Source: a virus (taxonomy: Duplodnaviria > Caudoviricetes). From it: a stretch of DNA of 35,362 nucleotides. The notes under the pieces are model-generated. The model did not search any database, was not told the DNA's origin, and worked only from the letters and a program-made list of their open reading frames with translations. The stretch covers positions 1-35,362 of the IMG/VR virus record IMGVR_UViG_3300038466_000035; one strand, written 5' to 3'. Below are positions 32,901 to 35,362 of this stretch, one piece after another (position 1 is the first letter of the stretch; each line of letters starts with the position of its first letter). The translations under genes and the position numbers were made by a program.

Positions 32901-35362
32901 AAGAACAACTCAAAGAGAAAGGATATGAGGCAAGGTTAGATGGTAACTTAGAAGTGCAGGGGATATATAAAATCGGAGAGCCGGAGTTTGATGCTCCTAC
33001 CCACTTCTCCCAATACCAAGAACCCGGAGCCGAACCCGGAAGCTACGGGGAGATGTTTGTAACTGCACCGAAAGAGTATTTAGAGATGTCTCAATTAAAG
33101 GGTGGGCGATATTCGCACGTTTGGAATGATGGACATCATCAATATAATTCAATAATGAACCCGATAGTCCGAATCCGCTTTAATGAAAGAAATGTTGATG
33201 GAAAGAAGGTTCTCTTCGTTGAGGAGCTTCAAGGCCCGAATCCAGCGAATCAGGCCAAAATGCCGGAATGGTTACGCAAGAGGATATACGATATTGGCGT
33301 AAAGCGTGTTCTGGCTTATGCGAAAGAGAACGGATTTGACGGGGTGGGCTGGACATCTGGTGATATGCAGGCGGGGAGATATGATTTAAGTAAACATATC
33401 ACACGTCTTGATTATATTAAGCAAAACAACGGAACCTATACGCTGGTAGCATGGAAAAACGGTAGGCCGATAGAAGAATTAAACCACAAAATGGCATACC
33501 TAAAAGAAAACGAAATAGAAACCTATGTTGGAAAAGATATTGCACAAAAAATTATAGAAGGGGCCGGAGTCGATAACGAAAGCGATTCTTTTGCGGCTCA
33601 ATATTCCAGAACTCTTTCCGGTCTCGACCTCAAGGTAGGTGGCGAAGGACTGAAACGCCTGTATGACGTAACTATCCCTGCCCTGTTTAAGAAGTACGGG
33701 AAGGAAGGGGTGGGGGCTATTAATATAACCTATAAAACTCACGAGGCCGAAATCTCGGCAAGAGATGAGTTTGGAAATGCTATGCCAACTGTTGCAGCAC
33801 AAAAGAGGACAGTGAGCACTCCCGTTCCCTTCATCCCCATATCAGACAAGACTCCGGCAAGCTATCCGATGTATTCCATCGCTGATAAGCCAGTTACCGA
33901 AGCCGATATCCGGGCAGCGGTAGAAAAATATAACGGAACATACGATGGAGAATGGAAGGACTTTGGTGCATGGTCGGTTACGGATAATGTTACGAAGTCA
34001 TCTTTCATGGTACGGAATCCAAAGACTATCGCTATAAGATTTGCGGAAGCAAGGGGGGAGAAGGTTGAGCAGTATTCGGTGGAAACTGCCAAGGAAGAAA
34101 ACACTGACAAAAACTTAGTCCAAGACCTAAACAATAAACTTGCAGAACAATTCAATAATAAGGAATGGAAAAATGCGTACACAGCAACAGAAAATGTCCC
34201 CAAATCTATCCAAGGAATCATCAGAGCCTTTGAAGCCACTTTCAAAACAAGAGTTGTTGCTATTAGCCCAACAGAAGAAAGATTTGCGAGCATCGGTGGA
34301 CAGACGTTCAAGGGAACTTTGTTTGTTGATACATATGCCACCAAGGGTTTTCTCCAGCTTGCGGGACATGAACTCTTGCATAAAATTAAGAAAGAACGCC
34401 CGGAGATCTATAAGACGCTCCTACCTGCGGCTCGAAATGCTTTTCGCAACATTGAAGAATACGAAGAGGCCGTATCCCGAATCATGCTCCCAGGAGAAAG
34501 TGCTTTATCACGTGATCAAATAAAAGAGGAGCTTATTGCAGATTTTACCGGCGATGCTTTAGCCGATCAGGACTTTTTAAAATACATGGCAGGAGAAGAC
34601 GCCTCGATTTTTAAGAAATTCCTCAGATTTGTAACGGACTGGCTTAAAGACGTGTCTTCCAAGCTGTCAAAAGAAGGTTTCGGCTCTTCACAATATTTTG
34701 CAGACGTGGATGGTCTCCGTAAGTATTTAGATGTTGTTTTACATGATTTTGCAGAGAGGGATAATGTTGATGCCATAGACAATGTATCGCCTCCGGCATT
34801 TTCAAGGACGCGCGTTACAAAAGCCGATGACATTGACGGGCTCTCTCTTTTTCCTGAAGTCAATGAACGATTAAGGGCTTCCAAGGGAATTCAATACGCA
34901 TCCTTAAAAGATAAGGCAAAGGATGTAATTATTACAGGCTGGGAGCATTTAACCAGGCATTTCCAGCATCTTGATCCTGAAACCGACGGTGCCGCAATTG
35001 ATGTTTTCCGCAGATTCCAGGACGTTCCTTCATGGGCAAAAGACGAAACAGTCCAGAAGCTTTCAGGTTTTGTAGGGAAACTTTCCCTCCGCAACCGAGA
35101 AGTTTTTACCATGAACATTCTGCTCCCAGACATGATACGCGATATCGAAAACGGGACATTGTTCGCTGACGATGAGGCTGGTCTTCCGTTTGGATACAGG
35201 GACAGAGGGCAGGTCCATCAGGACTACGAACACTTTAAGGCTATTTCTGAAGAAAATCCCGAAATAAAAGAAGCTCTTAAAAAACGTAACGATTTTATGT
35301 CTTCATTAACGGATCAATTAATTAAAAACAAACTGTTAAAAAAAGATGTTTCAAAAAATCCA
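20993..35362 (+). CDS. Giant polyvalent ejection-type protein with a DarB-like methyltransferase-helicase core (at least 4790 aa, runs off the window end)
   Basis: ATG 20993 (MPLSDWNAIQQDPKYWEYSPEDRALIKAGWF). The same frame reads as sensible protein at every point I translated, through ...KDVSKNP at 35362. The ORF track lists no terminated ORF in this frame, consistent with no internal stop. Confidence 0.92.
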   Translation, partial: MPLSDWNAIQQDPKYWEYSPEDRALIKAGWFTKNITPTPEFQKYSPEDQEFILKGFTHQTDINPLEENREKDGLFVSGVKRGIEQTQAVGYGALGLVGSAVGSEDLKKYGYEGYLRNTEEAKQYPKETNFLDIRGPATAGKWAVETAGEMIPSLVEAGVTSAAGAVIGGMAAPGPGVVAGGLAGFFGKRAIKKTIEETAKQFIKKGMAVELAEKAAIEHVEKIGISAIQKSALRIAGAKAGVVAGVTPLEAGGNWGENMEKGVDNPWSALATGTAAGFLELAGGNIKIIERILGPKKAAIFGKAIGDKAIDVVSNFIRKAAVEAPSEFAQEAGQELLSLANTAYNDPTFKVFTLDNLNRVVESGAAGGLMGAAGATTTVFDGSQKPQSPPTIKENLNKISSATNIDEAVGAFNEAVKPNATPETGILGTAMKSADQLLREQNQSAIDATFAPIQKAEAQDKYGFQPATVEATPAPQTIADRKARLAAEIEKARNPLGRESGLTSIAPDTSYGAPVETAPGQASLEQQVKPVVEDVKAEAKEQPVHDYSSTQVNLPEPEAAPIKQFGQTIPEDEIYTDPKDPSYGREENPHVTVKYGLHTTNAEEVRPLLKDVGAITGKLGKVSIFESDDYDVVKVDIESPELHDLNKKIAKGTKVTDTHPDYKPHVTIAYVKKGQGKKYVGNNSFEGKEVTFNELTFSGKDGKETVIPLLKPELKAESPKPAPRKLMGVPVSRVNSKTEEGVTYELYHATDPKDARGLIRIVDDSGNVVSVKGFPSKESALKGFEDATKLIKTETPAKAAKTETKTSIGKNSEGQDIFEDDNGIRHIVRNGIRISEKVIMVPTRAGVEKRSVTPKDQEFEVSERPKGPKFIPHDGWQKNLIKARMYANELKIDHKGKSLEQIVAEIEGEIANQSEAGPAKKEGIDWYLVNQSVELFYKNRENIADSRAIDRLKNIVAMMNPETKKQYDFETSEATPALEEKAKSEKSAYTAAVGILSGGVADRAKTNRYEFVYGETKNYSDLYYEMVGLFTGLKADKLVAAGITIKRIKEEVPLSSEIAPVDLSAKSTKDLVGDIFNIINDHLGERGSIGDMPSLDEGLYQKLKPYLSEIVNRAKAKALDIKSYLFGAVDSMPEGKAKDVYEQAANKYILDISKEKDILESPGGKKDEYSTDGSTGTRPLAEDQPQDLQEDGSGRGAGEGERGSGETDLGGDGYLDEGGAAGTGSLAGKPSLIHIPDSETDRGGLSTGEIEEDQTPAPSEPRQLKLTGTNPGNYRITEADNIGSGTRGQKIDRNLAAIRLIKQLTAEGRYPTRAEQSTLAKYVGWGGLKKVFDKDSKSPQDIQAREELEKLLTKDEYNSMFLSITDAHYTSPEIISSIYDVLKHIGFQGGNVLEPTYGAGNFIGLMPEDLSASSKWYGSELDSVTAKIGQFLYPDSQLIESGFQVAEFPYGKFDLAVGNPPFGDTRITDTKKNRSAINRFKIHNYVISKEAMHLRPGGIVANVITTRFLDTQDPEARDFLSKNFRFLGAIRLPNDAFAKNAGTTVSTDIVFFQRLMPGEKPDMKADWLTTGATMTNSTGETIILNKYFANNPQMMLGEPSMKGTMYGGAWKEGGKGEFTLDKREGENTPDLFKKVIAEHMADLKNIAQKTDDKAEAAAISLTINKEDVGIGGFYRDNNKIYMRGDDDSYGNPTFALLSPEMKWTEKEPLGERRYDRIKGMLSLREKTYKLIESERFDLPEMESLRKDLNKTYDAFVKEHGYLSTPANFRLMSDDIKIEFGLESGYKKEITASRAKTLGIKPSPAVAVKSAILNQRVFYPAKEIIFAKDVRDGYGISLSQRGKLDVNYIADLTNKTPDDVAKELSDLDLIFKDPETDGWVQEDEYLSGNVKAKYKEAVKAGLNKNVAALKAVFPADKTSENIYAGIGATWIPKQVYESFAEFIGISGSHVTISHDTGKVYLSGGDSTQNDISVAWQNEDYGVTALYNAALQKKTLIAYDGTGDDRAVNRERTKGLATITKAINNTFADWLFADTGRSVEVVKVFNETQNTHASRKYDGKHLKTVGNSPSIALRKTQSDAAWRMIQSPVVLLDHAVGAGKTFTIITGIMEKVRMGLTNKALIIVPNHLVGQWASDWLKLYPGANILAASNKDFSKPNRRRLFSRITTGKYDAVIIGHSSLGFIPIERDTFLNLMNEEIEHLERAEKEAKAAGEKRTARGLAKRIQKKREKITELLNKPKDNVTHFEQMGIDHIVIDESQEFKNLEYSSSMQNITGMGNPAGSKRAFDLYSKIRWLNTQKNFGVTLATGTPISNSLVEMYSILRYLNRQGLIDRQLEAFDAWANTYAITENVIEYTASQRLKDRKVMTTFKNANQLLQLYDEFSDSITMDDVKRIYAEQTRKSNKLTGKNERIEFPIPKVETGGRQLDTGEPDKSQAEFNNYLVARAQRLEKLGRQNDPKVDNHLWVMSDARKMALDVRLVDPTAKAGKNNKVNRSAKKIKEIYDRTKKDRGTQLVFCDLSTPVKTAITDARKFIKAASKIAKVDKDEAIQNALAGMSLYWDKWKYIHHLIELEIEQISEHDKAETDTYRARREALEEFLNEKAIDDELAVLTTADTKFSVYDDLKSVLISKGIPAGEIRFIHEANTKDQKAELFGLVNSGAVRVLIGSTAKMGAGTNAQERMVALHHLDAPWRPSDVEQREGRLVRQGNALYDKDPDGFKVEIHAYSTSKTFDAVMWQILSRKQGMLDDFRNGKDVIEDKTNDAASYANFMAETTGNPAFKEKHQLEGDVEELTASKRRITTRRRSAEQSLVSNEARREEAKSDVERWTKTLDKVKQLKEDRFTYEGKEYVNDIAEVEAAERNKITEENAKTKEDHDKVISPIFDKVGLKYPEFDKNAYLFKSKRNQSQIEADEYLEKLLEDAGIERHPKSIQFDRDKLSKKNPAIAAAIKIRKDINKIAVDGGGSLDFYLGDAKITVKVSQVSGTEGKDERYDFKYFIDGSYVESDWNVASATFNDVANYLSAKTVSNKLGGRIDRARGAIEAYNKSDIDARRTLEKLQFKDDDKLTEKKRRYDQVVQEVNELEARMTEQRESEHNKYITKDKARFGDESFGGATATGPATPVRREIQVGARAKGGQTFYIQIADPAGKPKFEAVEGKKVEIVPFAEFFIRKDNEKNQPWIITERRSGLSVASDMTQEKAIDRAKNLLGKYDEKTFGTLIDERVAEHGEAPKYSVGTETKGQPLSLANVQNIFKNQDVKQDGDNFTVTLKNGTVIPVQGVTSITPNSMALKLGHGRGQLKAGQTITGRYDGKSIQIVRDSEKAPWTLTHEAVHLLEDMDIIDSSDRATIEAQSKKEGAWNNKLNAAENRANWLADFVTGNRPERTALQKIWDKIREFVNSIAGIRTAERIGKELKSGEIFGKQAGTESFAQPTRYSLKEAVKNILDNSNFVKWFGDSKVVDSDGIPLVVYHGTDQEIDAFSKEKLGFNTLAKSAKGGFFFTNNSRAAGLYPVYPKHELLEYGGFIPKYPERYFESTPEWSELRNIQKQISNAIEKRDKRIADESFFSEEYQSRRDKIQAETVSPLIEKEKEISAKLHKTPEYQKYKAERESARNKAESNNLIARSINAQKNFKSINDEFRKYIRENKPDDADLYSLAEVIGRSFPKQNLGWGDYGFNKFVEEKYNIPHQNDTVEDTAKNEEKYQSALKKMGEAGEAIINSGSPLGATAKKIKEAGLVAYAAEKDATEWNYIYKFSEQAWEGGDAASGEDWEAKKETLQPNIIPAYLSLQNPLIHDQATPYRDITYAKLIDSARKAGHDGLIIKNTKDPLPMDVYVAFEPTQIKSIFNRGTFSETNPDIRYSLAERLKPFFSQLEKAVALKMGGKMPVDQLKKMLKAQNVTDAEIENLIGGLEGTVTKQQVMDEISANTAEFEDVVLGGKNEILDYEGMPSTELQDVVDEYGQGDLSLEEFQEQLKEKGYEARLDGNLEVQGIYKIGEPEFDAPTHFSQYQEPGAEPGSYGEMFVTAPKEYLEMSQLKGGRYSHVWNDGHHQYNSIMNPIVRIRFNERNVDGKKVLFVEELQGPNPANQAKMPEWLRKRIYDIGVKRVLAYAKENGFDGVGWTSGDMQAGRYDLSKHITRLDYIKQNNGTYTLVAWKNGRPIEELNHKMAYLKENEIETYVGKDIAQKIIEGAGVDNESDSFAAQYSRTLSGLDLKVGGEGLKRLYDVTIPALFKKYGKEGVGAINITYKTHEAEISARDEFGNAMPTVAAQKRTVSTPVPFIPISDKTPASYPMYSIADKPVTEADIRAAVEKYNGTYDGEWKDFGAWSVTDNVTKSSFMVRNPKTIAIRFAEARGEKVEQYSVETAKEENTDKNLVQDLNNKLAEQFNNKEWKNAYTATENVPKSIQGIIRAFEATFKTRVVAISPTEERFASIGGQTFKGTLFVDTYATKGFLQLAGHELLHKIKKERPEIYKTLLPAARNAFRNIEEYEEAVSRIMLPGESALSRDQIKEELIADFTGDALADQDFLKYMAGEDASIFKKFLRFVTDWLKDVSSKLSKEGFGSSQYFADVDGLRKYLDVVLHDFAERDNVDAIDNVSPPAFSRTRVTKADDIDGLSLFPEVNERLRASKGIQYASLKDKAKDVIITGWEHLTRHFQHLDPETDGAAIDVFRRFQDVPSWAKDETVQKLSGFVGKLSLRNREVFTMNILLPDMIRDIENGTLFADDEAGLPFGYRDRGQVHQDYEHFKAISEENPEIKEALKKRNDFMSSLTDQLIKNKLLKKDVSKNP
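22625..23120 (+). other. 2H phosphoesterase domain (Acb1 / T4 gp57B-like) within the giant protein
   Basis: Two HxT motifs 75 aa apart: GREENPHVTVKYG (His codon at 22760) and HPDYKPHVTIAY (His codon at 22985). Confidence 0.82.
24441..24484 (+). promoter_or_regulatory. Internal sigma70-type promoter and SD inside the giant gene
   Basis: TTGACA (24441-24446), 16 bp, TATATT (24463-24468); GGAGGT at 24479-24484, 7 nt before ATG 24492. Confidence 0.68.
24492..24743 (+). CDS. Nested 83-aa gene in the +1 frame of the giant gene (possibly TnpV-like)
   Basis: Own promoter and SD; protein-like amphipathic helices (AAQARDHWRKTNPKTYKKMVADGAL...GLPEQEAWQESR), while the host frame here is a G/E/D-rich linker. 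Confidence 0.7.
   Translation: MNIPQMAAQARDHWRKTNPKTYKKMVADGALERESVAAAKLTLAEMDTLMKGGLPEQEAWQESRHLFIFQTAKQIEAGYQPGR
24809..25900 (+). other. N6-adenine DNA methyltransferase domain (DarB-type) within the giant protein
   Basis: NLAAIRLIK...YVGWGGL lead-in, AHYTS, motif I VLEPTYGAGNF (25166-25198) and motif IV NPPF (25367-25378). Confidence 0.9.
27200..29330 (+). other. SF2/SNF2-type helicase domains (DarB-type) within the giant protein
   Basis: HAVGAGKT (27266-27289), IDESQEFKN (27749), ATGTPISNS (27902), QLVFCD, MGAGTNAQ and WRPSDVEQREGRLVRQGN. Confidence 0.92.
30700..31260 (+). other. Zincin-like metallopeptidase domain 1 (MPTase-PolyVal-like)
   Basis: TLTHEAVH (HExxH at 30974-30988), downstream AENRA and LQKIWDKIREFV helix. 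Confidence 0.7.
31330..32560 (+). other. ADP-ribosyltransferase-like domain (ART-PolyVal-like) with a large insertion
   Basis: FVKWFGDSKVVDSDGIPLVVYHGT (YHGT at 31397), GFFFT (31478), then PAYLSLQNP (32336), GHDGLII and VAFEPTQIKSIFNRGTFS. Confidence 0.78.
34200..34700 (+). other. Zincin-like metallopeptidase domain 2 (MPTase-PolyVal-like)
   Basis: LAGHELLH (HExxH at 34367-34381), EELIADFTGD (about 34526) and IFKKFLRFVTDWL helix. Confidence 0.78.

Noticed and set aside
34140-34523. 127-aa + strand alternative-frame ORF as a second nested gene
   Set aside because: I saw no SD or promoter. It overlaps the conserved HExxH domain rather than a linker, and its composition is typical of an off-frame read.
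1-35362. tRNA, rRNA, CRISPR array, integrase/att site, lysis genes
   Set aside because: None recognised by eye, so prophage versus free phage cannot be decided from this window.

Overview
All genes I can support lie on the + strand. The window is one stretch of a tailed phage or prophage with podovirus-type morphogenesis genes. The order is: DUF1376/YdaU-like replication initiator with internal iteron-like repeats, a Zn-ribbon gene, terminase small and large subunits, portal, small genes, scaffold, N4-gp56-type major capsid protein, a free-standing HNH endonuclease with its own promoter, head accessory proteins, adaptor, nozzle, collar-domain tail fibre and chaperone, a GNAT, and ejection (DNA-transfer) proteins. 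The last 14.4 kb (20993 to the window end) is one reading frame of at least 4790 codons, missing from the supplied ORF track because it has no stop in the window. It encodes a giant polyvalent ejection-type protein. Its modules are an ejection-like N-terminus, an Acb1-like 2H phosphoesterase, a DarB-like N6-adenine methyltransferase plus SF2/SNF2 helicase, two HExxH metallopeptidases, a split ART-PolyVal-like domain and unnamed modules separated by recurring x[YF]S motifs. A complete expression unit (sigma70-like promoter, strong SD, 83-aa ORF) is nested in the +1 frame of a linker in this gene. Several intergenic RNA structures could control translation. All family calls come from motif recognition by eye; no searches were run and the host cannot be determined.
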